This document shows positions 1-12,093 of a stretch of 64,000 bases of DNA, in pieces. The number at the start of each line of letters is the position of its first letter. The first letter of the stretch is position 1. The notes under the pieces were generated by a model. The model was not told where the DNA came from. It ran no database searches and was given only the letters and a program-made list of their open reading frames with translations. The position numbers and the translations under genes are program-made. Origin of the DNA: Cystobasidiomycetes sp. EMM_F5 (Eukaryota); the NCBI GenBank assembly GCA_051047955.1, contig JBPGPT010000011.1:372001-436000 (forward strand). The letters run 5' to 3'.

Positions 1-1119
1 TCCACAGTACCAAGACTGATTTGCTCGTTCTAGTTACTCGTACTACTTGCCATTCTCTGCTGGGGCAGCTTTCCGGTGTTCCGTCGACGCAACTACGAGG
101 TCTTTAAATGGCTACACATCGTCTCGGCTTTGCTCTTCATTCCATTCTTCTTCTTACATTGCAATCGGCTGCTAGGCAGTTGGGAGTATCTGTATGCAAC
201 AGCAGTATTGTATGGACTGGCCGTCATCGGACGCTTCATCTACCTTTTCCTACTCAACGGCGCTGGCATACCACGGGCGGAATGCGAGGTCGTACCCGGC
301 GGGATGGTGAAATTGAGAATCCGTTCCAACCCTATGGACAAATGGAGGCCAGGGCAGCACTACTTTATCAACTTTCTGACATGCGAGCCCTTTCAATCGC
401 ACCCTTTTACACTGGCCAACATTCCCACGCAAGTCGTTCGAAACGGTCACATACACGAACAGGAGATGGTTCTCATCATTCGCGAAGCAGCTGGTCTCAC
501 GCAGAAATTGAGGTCTAAATTGGAGAAATCACAAGCAAAGTCTCTGCCGGTACTCCTCGATGGACCTTATGGAGGTGTCGAAGCAGAGTTTTCGCAGTAT
601 GACAGCGTACTCTTGCTCGCTGGAGGTGTGGGAATTACCTTTATCCTCCCGATCCTCCAGGATCTGGTACACCAAGTCGAGCACCACTGCATCTGTAAAT
701 CCGTGGAGCTCATCTGGTCAGTACGAACTGCCGGTAAGTTAGATCCTCGTGTTGTGCTTGAAGGACAAGCTGAAACATTCACTACAGACTCTATCGAGTG
801 GATTAGGAATGAACTGGAAACGATCCTCGATGCCGCACCAAAAGGCTTTTTCAAGCTCGACATCCGCGTCACGCGGGAGGAAGTGGAGAAAGCAGATGAG
901 TATGACGAGCTGAAACCCGTCCGTGGGCGGATCGACGTTTCAGACAGGATACATACAGCGGCAGCAGACTGCCTTTCTCTAGGCGTAGCTGTTTGTGGGC
1001 CTGCGAGTCTCGTTTTAGACGCAAGAAACGCCGTTGCAAGTATCGAGAGCAACATCGTCAAAGGGAATGCAAAGGGCGCAAAGGATGTCTATCTGCACTC
1101 TGAAGAGTACTCGTGGTAG
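1..1119 (+). CDS. Ferric reductase (FRE/NOX-like transmembrane component), 3' part; 5' end lies outside the window
   Basis: Heme-ligand His pair (WLHIVSALLFIPFFFLH), FAD motif HPFT, VLLDGPYG, NADPH motif LLAGGVGITF, CGP and terminal HSEEYSW; in-frame intron 734-787 (GTAAGT...CAG). Confidence 0.93.
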
Positions 1120-1394
1120 GTAGCGGGAAAGCGGGAAGGAAGTCGCTGGGGGAACTGTGCATATCGTTCATTCATCAAGAGAACGTAAGTAGTTACTGCA
1201 TCAGCATAGCACAGACGTAGCAAGCAGCATAGTACATAGTCTCCCAATCAATCACATTCACTCGCTCTGAATGTCTTGCTCTCTTTGCGTTTCTGTCGAT
1301 TTTTCCATCCCGATCAAAGCAAGCCTGCCTGGAATTGAATGAGAGCCCGGAGCCCGACTGGCAAACCAGGTCACCATACACATATCTGCAAATC

Positions 1395-2159
1395 ATGGCT
1401 AGAGGAGGAAAGGCAAAGGGCGAGCCAAAGCAGCGCAGCGTCAGTCTACGCGGAATCTATGCCAGAAATCGTCGACGGTCCAGGACATGCTCGATCAGTG
1501 CTGCCAGCTATGCAACGAGAATATTGCAGAGGGACAGCAGCGGGGAGCTGGGACTGTTATGGAGACGATACTGGTACAATACGTCGAAAGAACCGAAGTA
1601 CTGATTTGTTTTGTGTCGGGAACTGACAGGCGCTCAACGAGGTTGTGACGAGGGACTACTCCATCAACCTGCACAAGCGGACAAGAGGGCTAGGATGGAA
1701 GCACGTATGTTGCTTTAATTTGATACGCGATGTCGGTGTATTCTGACGCAAGACTATCCTGTGTAGCGTGCACCAACAGCCATTAAGGAGATTCGCGAAT
1801 TCGCACAAAAAGCAATGGGCACAAAGGATGTCCGAATCGATCCCTCCCTCAATGCGGCGACGTGGCAGTTGGGTATCAAGTCTGTGCCAAGACGAGTACG
1901 CGTCAGATTGTCCCGTACGTCGCCGGATGCCCCACCTTTTTTCAAGGAAATAGAACGACGGGCTGATGATATCCGCGCTGAATAGGCAAGCGTAATGATG
2001 AGGAGAATGCAAAGGAGAAGCTCTATGTCATCGCTTCTGCTGTGCCAGGTGTTACTTCCTTCAAGGTGAGATGTCGCCTCGCCAAATAATTTGGCCGGCT
2101 GTACTGACGAAGACTCTACTCAGGGCCTCCTGACTCAAGTCGTGGAGACGGAGGAATAA
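1395..2159 (+). CDS. RPL31: 60S ribosomal protein eL31 (multi-exon)
   Basis: Manual splicing gives [32 protein letters not shown]...[29 protein letters not shown]...[31 protein letters not shown]...; TAA at 2157-2159. Confidence 0.95.
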
Positions 2160-2564
2160 GCATTTCGACAGTACCACTTTATCACCACCCCTCCATCCTG
2201 TCGACCGCATCGCCGTATCGTTGTAGTTTTATGCCAGTGCGAGCAGACAATTACAATCAGTCGGAATGCCTTCATGATTTCACGAGGCTAGGGCTGATCC
2301 AAGCGGTCGAAAGTGGTGCATGGATCAAATAAGCTGACGGGTACGGAACATGCAATACACTCCATGAATGACGCAGGCCGCCGTGCTCTCCGCTGTGGCG
2401 AATGAATGGATGGCACGCAGATGAAGAGGGGTGTTTGCGCAGGCTAGCTTTCTCCAACATTAAACATATCCAAAACATTCATGAAATGCACTATGCTGAA
2501 GTGTCGTAGACGTAAGGCTGAAATATCCGACTATTCCGTGGAGTATCGACGCCCTTGTGCTGTA

Positions 2565-4482
2565 TTATTGCAGAATGCGGGTGACGAGACCAGTTCCGAC
2601 AGTCTTTCCACCTTCTCTCAAAGTGAAGCGCGATCCCTCCTCGAGCGCAATCTCATGCACCAGCTCACCCTCAAGTTCAACATTGTCACCGGGCGAAATC
2701 ACCTTTTCGTCTCTGCCCTCTACGTCCTGCGGGAATGTGAGCGAGACTGTGACGTCTGACGTTCGGATAAAGAGCTGTGGTCGGTAGTTATTCATGAACC
2801 TGCATTGCAAAAGAGATCGATGAGCATGAAGACGAACAACGTGAGAAATGTGAATGCAAACTGACGGAGTATACCGCCCTCCCTCGTCCTTTGTCAAGAT
2901 GTAGAGCGACGCCAAGAATTTCTTCACTGGCTTGATGGTTCCTGGCTGAGCGAGAATCATACCACGCTTGAGCTGTTCCCTCTTGACACCTCGAAGGAGT
3001 GCTCCCATGTTATCGCCCGCTTCGCCTCTGTCCAATTCCTTGTGAAACATTTCAATGCCAGTCAATGTCGTCTTGGTGTTGGCTCCTAGTCCAAGGATCT
3101 CAATCTCCTGTCCCTTGGTAACTGTTCCTCTCTCCACTCGACCAGTAACGACTGTTCCTCTCCCTGGAATGGAAAAGACGTCTTCAACAGGCATCAAGAA
3201 GGGTTTCTCCATCTCTCGCTGGGGCTGATCGAGCCAGCTGTCGACAGAGTTCATCAACTCCTTGATGCTGTTTACGCCAATCTCTGGCTGCGTGCCGTTG
3301 AGCGCGTGCAGGGCCGAACCCTTTACAATCGGCGTGTTGTCGCCGTCAAATCCGTAAGTGCCGAGGAGATCCCGCATTTCCATCTCGACGAGCTCCAACA
3401 TTTCAGGATCGTCAACTGCATCGACCTTGTTGATGAAGATGACGAGCTTCTGAATGCCGACTTGACGGGCCAAGAGCAGATGCTCCCTTGTCTGGGGCAT
3501 CGAGCCGTCGGTTGCGGCGACAACAATGATGGCTCCGTCCATCTGAGAAGCACCGACAACCCTGTCAAAGGCATACAGTCAGACAAGGTTCGCTAAATAC
3601 GTCCACAGCCCAGCTTGACAGCTTACATGTTTTTGATGAAGTCCTGATGTCCCGGGCAGTCTACGTGAGCATAGTGCCTCTTCTCGGTCTCGTACTCTAC
3701 ATGCGCGGCAGAGATTGTGATACCTCTTGCGCGTTCCTCGGGAGCCTTGTCAATCATATTGTAGTCGACAAACTTGTTTATCCCGTTCGCCTCGGCCATC
3801 GTCTTTGTGATTGCGGCTGTGAGCGTCGTCTTGCCATGATCGACGTGACCTGTCGATAGTAGTGATAGACAACAGCGCAGAGAGTCCTATCAGCGTGAGT
3901 TCGGCAGGTATGGTTGTTGCCACAAATTTACCGATGGTACCAATGTTCATGTGCTGAGTGGATGAAAGAGGAGGGGTCAGTCAAAGCATTGCAAACACTT
4001 GAATTTACGATCTACATACCGGCTTGCTTCGCGAGAATTTTTTGGACGCTTCAGTAGCATATGTGCTTTTTTGGACGGTCCATTTGCGAGAGGCTTCGAG
4101 TGATGACGGGCATGTAGACACTCAGCGTGTTTCGCTTCAACCTTGAGACACAACTCACGAGGCAAAGCGGCTCTTCTGACGCCAGACACGCGAATCGCCG
4201 GACTGACATTTGATTGTCTGAGAGAAGCAAAGTTTCGAGCTGCTGGGACTGGCAACGGCAGAGAAAGCGAGTCAGTCCGAGGTCTGACGCAGCTTGAAAG
4301 ATGGATATATAGTCCAATGCGCAGTCCACATTGCTGCGACTGAATATGGCCTTTGATTCTCCAAATTTCACTGCGCATCGGGGGGGATGTGGCTACTGAC
4401 CAGCTACTGCGCTCGACGATGAGCCTGCCCGAACGAGGCTGGCGACGTTGGCTGTGCTGCGAGCTGCAGATGTGCGTAGCAT
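2565..4482 (-). CDS. TUF1: Mitochondrial translation elongation factor Tu
   Basis: [65 protein letters not shown]-terminal Arg/Ser/Ala presequence [20 protein letters not shown] from ATG 4482; several introns. Confidence 0.95.
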
Positions 4483-4628
4483 GATGGGCAGATTGTCAGA
4501 AGATTGGAGTGCAACTTGGCTTGAAGGTTGCCCAAGTCAATGATCAGTTTTGAAAGACTTGGAATATCAAACTTCAGACCATTATCAACTGAGCGCCAAC
4601 CCGCATTACCAGCTCACACAGCGTCACT

Positions 4629-5144
4629 ATGAGGTGAGCTTCAATTTAGTTACAAGGCGCCGTGCTCGATGCCAGCTCACAGAGACCTCATCGTCGACAG
4701 TCAATACGCCAATGTTCCCAACTCGGAGCTCGACGAGGACAAGATGCGGCAGCTGCAGGAATATGGTGGGGTGCTGTTGTCGATTAAAGAGATTAGCCTG
4801 ACATCCCATTCGCGCTCCCAGAACTCAACAATGGCCCGCTGTCCGTCCTGCAGACCGCCGTAAAGAACCATTCCCAAATCCTAGTTGCGTTACGGAACGG
4901 GCGGAAACTGCTCGCAAGAGTGAAAGCATTCGACAGACATAGCAATATGGTGCTCGAGAACTGCAGGGAAATGTGGACGGAAATCCCAAAGGGCAAGGGC
5001 AAAAAAGCAGTGAACAAGGATAGATTCATCTCAAAGTTATTCCTCAGAGGGGATAGCGTGGTGTTGGGTAAGTTGTTCGCACGTACGTATCACCTCGCAT
5101 GTTGCTAACGGCCGGTCTGCTCTTCAGTCCTGCGAAGTACGTGA
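4629..5144 (+). CDS. SMD2: Small nuclear ribonucleoprotein Sm D2
   Basis: Spliced [50 protein letters not shown]...[18 protein letters not shown]; 5-nt first coding exon ATGAG|GTGAG. Confidence 0.95.
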
Positions 5145-5259
5145 TGTAAAAGTGATGACTCTGGCCTTGATGTAGCAACAACGTGCAGTGCAAGCAAAGA
5201 AGCGGACTGCTTCGATTCTTACTCGGCTGGGTTCTTACGTATCTCAAAGAGTCACTCGG

Positions 5260-6595
5260 CTATCCCCGGTTCATCCTGTTTCCTTCACCCCTCTTGTGCT
5301 CGTCACGATAGGCATCCCATTCCCGCTTCTTCGCCAGCCCTGCCTCCTGCCTCGCATATCCACCCGCATTATCCTCTTCCTCTTCATACGCTCGCTTATC
5401 CTCCTCCTCCTGCACAGACTCTTCTGTATTCTTTGCCCCTCCACCTTGCAAAAAGTTACCACGCTCCATCTCCATGTCCAAGTATTCATCCACGCTCATC
5501 GTAGGCAGACGATGCGAGTATCCAAAGACTGACTTCTGCATGCGTAATCGCGTGTCGAGCTGACTGCCAGACCCGGATGGCAATATCGTAAACGGTCTCA
5601 ACGGTCGGCCCTTTGCATCAATCAGGCGATGGGCGGGGTTGGAAGACCCGCTCGTTGTAGCAAGTGGCGCATCCAATCTCCACGTAGCTTCTTCCTCCTC
5701 CTTTTTCCGCTCTCGTGAGTCCTGTAACAACGCACCATTGCGATGCGCAGACGGCATCTCACTCATATTGGGAGCATTCTGTAGTAATTCAATCTCTTGA
5801 GACATGGACGACAGCTCGTTGTACGCCTTCAGGTAGTTGTATGTAATTTGTGCGAGAATGAGAGGACGAGCAACTTCGTCTTCTATGTCTGCCGGATCGG
5901 TATTGACACTGCCCGAGGCGATGGAAGCAGAGGATTTGCCGGCCATGTTTGCGTTCATATGCTAGAAAGAAAAGGTCGTCATTCAAGTCAATCGCCCGAG
6001 ATTGGGTCGAACTTACTTCTATTTGTGCCTTTATGCGACGCTCCTCTTTGAATTGCGCAATCTTTGCCTCTCTCCTCCGTGTCGGATCGTTACTCGCACT
6101 CCCATTGACCATATGTAACTCTTTCCGCTTGTTCAAGTCGACAATATCCAGCGCTTCCACGCTGCTAGTGTACCGTCCGAGTGCCTCTTTTGCCGTTTCG
6201 AGCACCGTTATCCGCGTCTTGTAATCCTTTGTCCGCCGTTGCAGCTCTAGCATGGCGGTATAGAACGGAACGAGGAGGCATCGCAGTGTGGGTGTAGATA
6301 CTTCGCTCAACGACTCGTTCAAGCTGAATAGCGCGAGGTGGGAAATGAGGGAAGCGCACAGGGAGAGATGGGAGAGGAGTTGTTCAAGTTGAGCTTGCTG
6401 CGCTGGATTCGTCGACAGATCTGGTGCTTCCAGTATTGCAGCTGATGCGGCGAGCGTCTGGACGAGCAGACTCGATAACGTCACTTCGTCCGTGTCCATG
6501 TTGGAGTCCATCAATAAGCCATTATCATTGCCCGTGGCAGTACTGCGAGCATGACCATTGCTGCTGCTGCCACTGGCTGTAACGTCGCCTTGCAT
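5260..6595 (-). CDS. TAP42: TAP42/alpha4 (IGBP1) PP2A-family regulatory subunit
   Basis: LFSLNESLSEVSTPTLRCLL, DPTRRREAKIAQFKEE, GRPLRPFTIL, VFGYSHRLPTMSVDEYL, REWDAYRDEHKRGEGNRMNRG; one intron near 5960-6016. Confidence 0.92.
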
Positions 6596-6722
6596 GGTCA
6601 ATTGGTGGAAGAAGAGATACAAGCCATGTACTTCGAATTCGAAATAGTGGCCCACTTGGATGCCGGCAAGACTGGCTTGTCTCACTCCAACTTCAGCACA
6701 TATTTGAGTGCTATACTGAATA

Positions 6723-9203
6723 ATGTCCGATATGATGGACTTTGACCCGGCTGCGTTTGGGCTGCCATCTGGATTTGGCGCAAAGAAGGGCAATAACAAA
6801 CCGAAACAGGCTGCGTTTCATGAACGTACAAAGCGAGTGGACATTGCAAAGGAGAATGGGGATGGAATTGCAAAGGATGTCAGAGAGCTGGGAGTGAGCA
6901 GAGGATTGCTTCGCGAGAGACATCGCTCGGCTGACATGCTCTTCGTCGTAGAATGGTGAAAACAATCAACAAAACGAAGCAGATCATGGCACAGTCCAAG
7001 CCGAAGCTGGGCCGGGACCATCAAGTCTGCTGAGGAAACAGAATGGCAACCAGGATCCTCGAGAAACAGAAGATGATGCAGAGCCCTCGCCGCAGACCGA
7101 GTCAAAGGAGCAACCCGGTCCTGACGACGCAGACAACGATGACAATAACGAAGCGGAGGATGATGAAGACGCACCCGACACAGACTATTTTCCGGTGTCG
7201 CACGAGATTATAATGAAGGATCATACAAAAGCAGTGACGGCGCTGTCAATAGACCCGCCTGGTGCAAGAGTCGTGACGGGGTCATACGATTACGATGTCA
7301 AACTATGGGACTTTGGAGGTATGCAGGGGGATTACAGGCCTTTCAAGACTATAGAGCCCTATCCGAATTACCACGTGAGTGAGGACGGCTTCGTTACACA
7401 CTTGCGTATATGCTAAAACCCCATCTATAGGTGCACGATGTAGTCTGGGATTCCACTGGCGCAAACTTCATTGCCGTTGCTGGAACTCTGCAAGCCAAGG
7501 TGTACGACCGTGAAGGCAATCAATTGTATGTGATGCTATGCATCAGAAGCGCGCCGGTGATAACAGTCTGACAATCATCAAACAGAATGGAAACTACGAA
7601 AGGCGACATGTATATACGCGACATGAAGAACACATCGTTAGTCTAAATTTGCAAAAATATGCCATCCACTGATTCGGTCGGAGTTCAGAGGCCATACTGG
7701 ACAAATTACTTCAGCGTCATGGCACCCGAAAGACGCTGGCAAGTTCCTGACATCATCATATGACAGTACCGTTCGGTGCGTATCCGCTTCGCTGTTCCTT
7801 GTGTGTCAAATGGCTGATCAATCGTACACACCAGGATGTGGGACCTCAAGGAGCTGATGAAGTGCACGAAAACAATCGTGCTCAAGTCGAAAGACCGCGG
7901 GAGCAGAACGAAGATTACAAAAGCGCTCTATTCAGACGATGGACGCAATATCGCTGCGGCTGCACAAGATGGGACTATAAATGTCTGGGCGACCAACAGC
8001 AACTTTGCTAGACCGAACGCAGTACGTCGCGTGTGTAGACTGCTTGATTGTGTAAACATCTGACTTGCGAGCGGCGCGACTTTGCAGACTGCAGAAAATG
8101 CGCATGAGAAAGGCACAGAGACGTCTGGCTTGACATTCTCGTCGGATAGCCGGACGTTGATTAGCAGAGGAGGTGATGACACTGTCAAGCGTAAGCGATT
8201 CGTTTACTCTGCGCCTGCAGTCAGCTGGCTGACGCCAAGCATAGTCTGGGATATTCGAGCATTCAAGAAACCCTTGGCTGTGGCTGCTTCATTGCCGTCG
8301 CGGAATGTCGAGACGAATGTCATCTTCAGTCCAGATGAGCAGTATATTTTGACTGGAACTGCCGGTCCTATGGCTGGACTGGTTCCTGGCAAAGAGGTGG
8401 ATGTCCGAGGCAAGCCTGGCGGTCGCGTAGTCGTGCTAAAGCGAGACAATCTCGAACTCGTCAAAGAGTTCAGTAAGTACCAGCCGCTGAGCTAATATAC
8501 ATCGCGCTATGTGGTGCTGACTGTCACGCCGCAGACATCTCTCAAGGCAGTGTTATTCGCGTAGCTTGGCATAATCGAATCAACCAAATTTTGGCTACTA
8601 CTTCTCTCGGTGAAATACATGTCCTGTATTCTCCAAATCTCTCAGTAAAAGGAGCAACGCTCGCTGCCGGTCGCGCGCCCCGAGCAAGGCGGGCAGTGGA
8701 CGACTACGACCCGACAAACGGACCAATCATCACCCCACATGCGTTGCCCATGTTCAAAGACCAAACATATGACGTGTCAGACTCTGGGTATGCAGGCAAA
8801 CGGAAGCGAGAAGTTGGCAAGAATACGATTCTGAAATCCAGGAAACCGGAACCGCCCGTCAAAGGTCCAGGCTCGGGAGGCAGAGTTGGAGAAGCAGCAG
8901 ACAGACATGTTATTATGGGCATGATCAAGGGCGATATTCGAAGTGAGGACCCGAGAGAAGCATTGTTGAAGTATGCTGCCAAAGAGGGAGATAAGCAGTG
9001 GACTTCAGGTAGGTTGGGGTGACTCTCTTGTATGCGACAATGGCTGAAGACTGTCTCCGCGCCGTACAGCATGGGGCAAAGATCAGAAGACGTGAGTACC
9101 GAGCATATTGAGTATCGCGGCGGGAACTGACCTTGGAACGATAACCAGAATATTCGATACGAGGCCTATTCCAGAAGACGAAGAGCCGCAAAACGGCAAG
9201 TGA
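6723..9203 (+). CDS. WDR70: WD40-repeat protein of the WDR70/GAD-1 family
   Basis: FPVSHEIIMKDHTKAVTALSIDPPGARVVTGSYDYDVKLWDFGGM, SRGGDDTVK, IITPHALPMFKD, RKPEPPVKGPGSGGRVG, EDPREALLKYA; many short introns. Confidence 0.88.
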
Positions 9204-9593
9204 AGGGCTGTATACGGTGCATGTTGTTGTATAATGCAGGTTGCCTCGATATGTTGCACTGTCAAGAAGTACACTCTGTCCCCACACGCTAAAATGACGC
9301 TTAGAACAATCCAGCTCGACATGCGTATCGGCCGAAGAAGACCGTCTTAAGCAAGCAATATTGCTTACACGCACGTTACGCAACCACCTAAATCTGCTTA
9401 CACGAAGCTTATGCAATCACCTAGTCAACGTCAATACCGTTGTGAACGGCTCAAGATTTCGATCCCGGACGCTCGCAGGTGGCCCTCGAAGGGATCATTC
9501 AGCAGTCATGGCCGATATTGTCCCTCGAACAATATAAATTAGCCCTGCGTTCACTATGTCATTCCTACATCCTGACAGCTAAAGTCCACCATC

Positions 9594-11273
9594 ATGAAGA
9601 TCGTCGTCCGCCTCCTCCGTGTGTCCTGAGGTCAAACAAGCAGTTGTGCTGACTCTGACGAAATTTCCAAAAATTCTACAGCCAGTGACCTGTGGACGGA
9701 GGTGTCGTGCTCGCCGCAATCGTCAGTACTGGAGCTGAAACTGCGACTGCTGCGACACTGGAACATCATTCCCGTTCTTCCTGCCAGCGATGCCCGACTC
9801 GATGTGCCGTCGTATTCAAGGCGACCTCCCGTACGTATCACTCGGGTCGTGGTTCAAGGCAGTGTCGCTGAAGCCGGATTCAGAATGGTATACCCTCAGG
9901 ATCTGGCAATCAAGGACATTCGAAACGAAACAGCCTCTTGGGCGGAGCGGCCGACCATGAGCCTCTCTTAGCAGCGTACAGGGCTGCCGTCGATGTACTC
10001 GTCAGATACTCTTTCCACCATCTCTGCAACGGTTGTTTCCTGGACGATACTAGATCATTATCTTCCGTCTGCGTGGAGTACGATATTTTACTGGTGAGCT
10101 GCCGACCGCAATTTTCCGGACTGTCAATGCGATTACTGATAAGTTTGGGTTACTCAACAGCTACAACCACGGTACAATGCTATCATCCTCCCTCTGGACG
10201 CATGGAGCCAGCCTTTCCTACACTTAGAATGCCTCTTCCACCTTCATTCGTCCAAAACTGGCCTGCCGCCGAACAGGATATGGAAAACATGCACTGCAAC
10301 AGTCTACGATGGGCAACTTTTCATCTTGCGCAAATCCTACCTAGCCATTCAAGCTCAGCTGCCTCCGCTCGCTAGCGACATTGTGCAAGATGGGGATGGA
10401 ACCCCGTCTCTCTGGCTAGAAGTGTCACTCAACGACGGCACTCGCCTCTCCCTCAAACCATCCAACAAAGGATTGTGGCTGACTTTGCTAGCCTGTCTGG
10501 GCCCAGTAAGCCGTCAAAAAGTTTTGAACTACGCTACGCGTACTTACAAGTGCGTGTCATGACCAGGACGGGCTGATCTCCAATTCGACGGCAGCGAAGG
10601 CCACATCTGATCGAAGGACTGGACGTGCGTATAGTAGCATAGATTGACATGTTATTCATACTGATGTACACTTCGTGTTGCCAGTCATACAGCGCGCCAT
10701 TCGGTCGAATGTCGACTCTTGGGCCGATGCCCGTAAGGTGACTGACGCAAAAGATGATACGGACAACCCAACGTACTTCTCTGTTATAGATCTGCAAAGC
10801 GCTTCCAACATTTCGGCGGATCGGAATCGAGTTCACACAGACAAGCCGATCCCTCCACTTTCGTTACCGCGGTCAGCTATATAATAACGGCAATGTGAGA
10901 TCAACCACTGAGCTGTTTCTTCGAATGATGCAGTCAGAAGTCTAGTCCGCCGCTTGAAGAGCGAAAGGTCAGGCGAGCAAGAAGCTTCTCTACCCCGACG
11001 ATACACACTCTACAATACGAATTACAGCCGGACATCAAAGTGTACGATGAATCATCTAAGCGCTCGCCAGCTGTGTCCGTAGACGGTGGGCATGTCATTG
11101 TCGAGCCTGTCAATTTCGGGGACGAGAAGGATGGTGCTGTGGCAGTCTTTTCCGAGGCCAAAGATGTCGAAATACCCGTCAAGGCTGCTCGAAGAATTAC
11201 TGCCAGGCTGGATTATGAGGATACGCGCAGGCGTGTCAGACGATGGTGTGACCCGGACAGCGATTCAGAGTGA
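9594..11273 (+). CDS. Uncharacterised multi-exon protein with ubiquitin-like N-terminus and PH-like domain
   Basis: Spliced MKIVVRLL/PSDLWTEVSCSPQSSVLELKLRLL...NGCFLDDTRSLSSVCV (Ubl-like), then IWKTCTATVYDGQLFILRK...LEVSLNDGTRLSLKPSNKGLWLTLL (PH-like); canonical splice sites; TATAAA near 9533. Confidence 0.55.
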
Positions 11274-11489
11274 GATTCGAGAAGGGCAGTAGGGAGACTA
11301 TGGCAGTTGGATCCATCCATTCGAGTAATTCTTGTTATACGCATAATGCCATTATTACGATGCAACGCATAATCTGATTTTGAGCAGTCCTTGATTCGAA
11401 GCTTGCCGACGCATGTCGTTGCCACTTGACGGACGCACACCTGTCAATCTGTACAAGCACTGCTACAAATACACAAACGATAAATATGA

Positions 11490-12093
11490 ATGGCATACCT
11501 GATACTTCTGCGCCTCAGCAAGCTGCAGCGTCGCCTCCGTACCCGCCTCGACGTGGAAGCACTTTACCGCTGGACAAGATGGGCGAGTGCAATAGAGTCA
11601 GTGGGACACTTCCATACAGCTCTGAGCGAGCAGAGGATGTACTGACTGGCATGCAACGATATAGGCTGCCCAGATCGACGGAACGCTTTATGGAACAGCT
11701 TCAGGCTTCCTAGGCGGCTTCTTCGGCTATCGCTTCCTGAAGCTCAACAAGAACATATCGATGCTTTCGGGTCTAATGCATGTTCTAACAACCTGCTACA
11801 GTGACCACACTCTGACTTTATGGTCGGTCTGGTTAAAACAGGACTGGCGTTGTTGCTGGATATGTCGTCACACAACAAGCTCTCGTCACGAGAGTCGCAA
11901 AAGCGGAAGCGGAAGCGGCTGCACAGCAGAAGTCAAGAGACGAGAAGTACAGTGTAAGTCTCGACATTGCATCAAAAAGGTGACAATTGAAATGGCTGAA
12001 ATATTGTCAATAACCGGATGCCAGCTAAATCGCTTCGAGGGCGGTCACGGCGGTCTTGAGGATTTACACGACAAGTATGCAACGACAAGGTGA
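11490..12093 (+). CDS. Small membrane protein with Gly-rich hydrophobic helices, function unknown
   Basis: Spliced MAYLILLRLSKLQRRLRTRLDVEALYRWTRW/AAQIDGTLYGTASGFLGGFFGYRFLKLNKNISMLSG/..TGVVAGYVVTQQAL...DLHDKYATTR; first intron needs a GC donor. Confidence 0.65.

Noticed and set aside
1440..1629. snoRNA in the longer first intron of RPL31
   Set aside because: No convincing C/D box pair or H/ACA structure seen by eye; a covariance-model search would be needed
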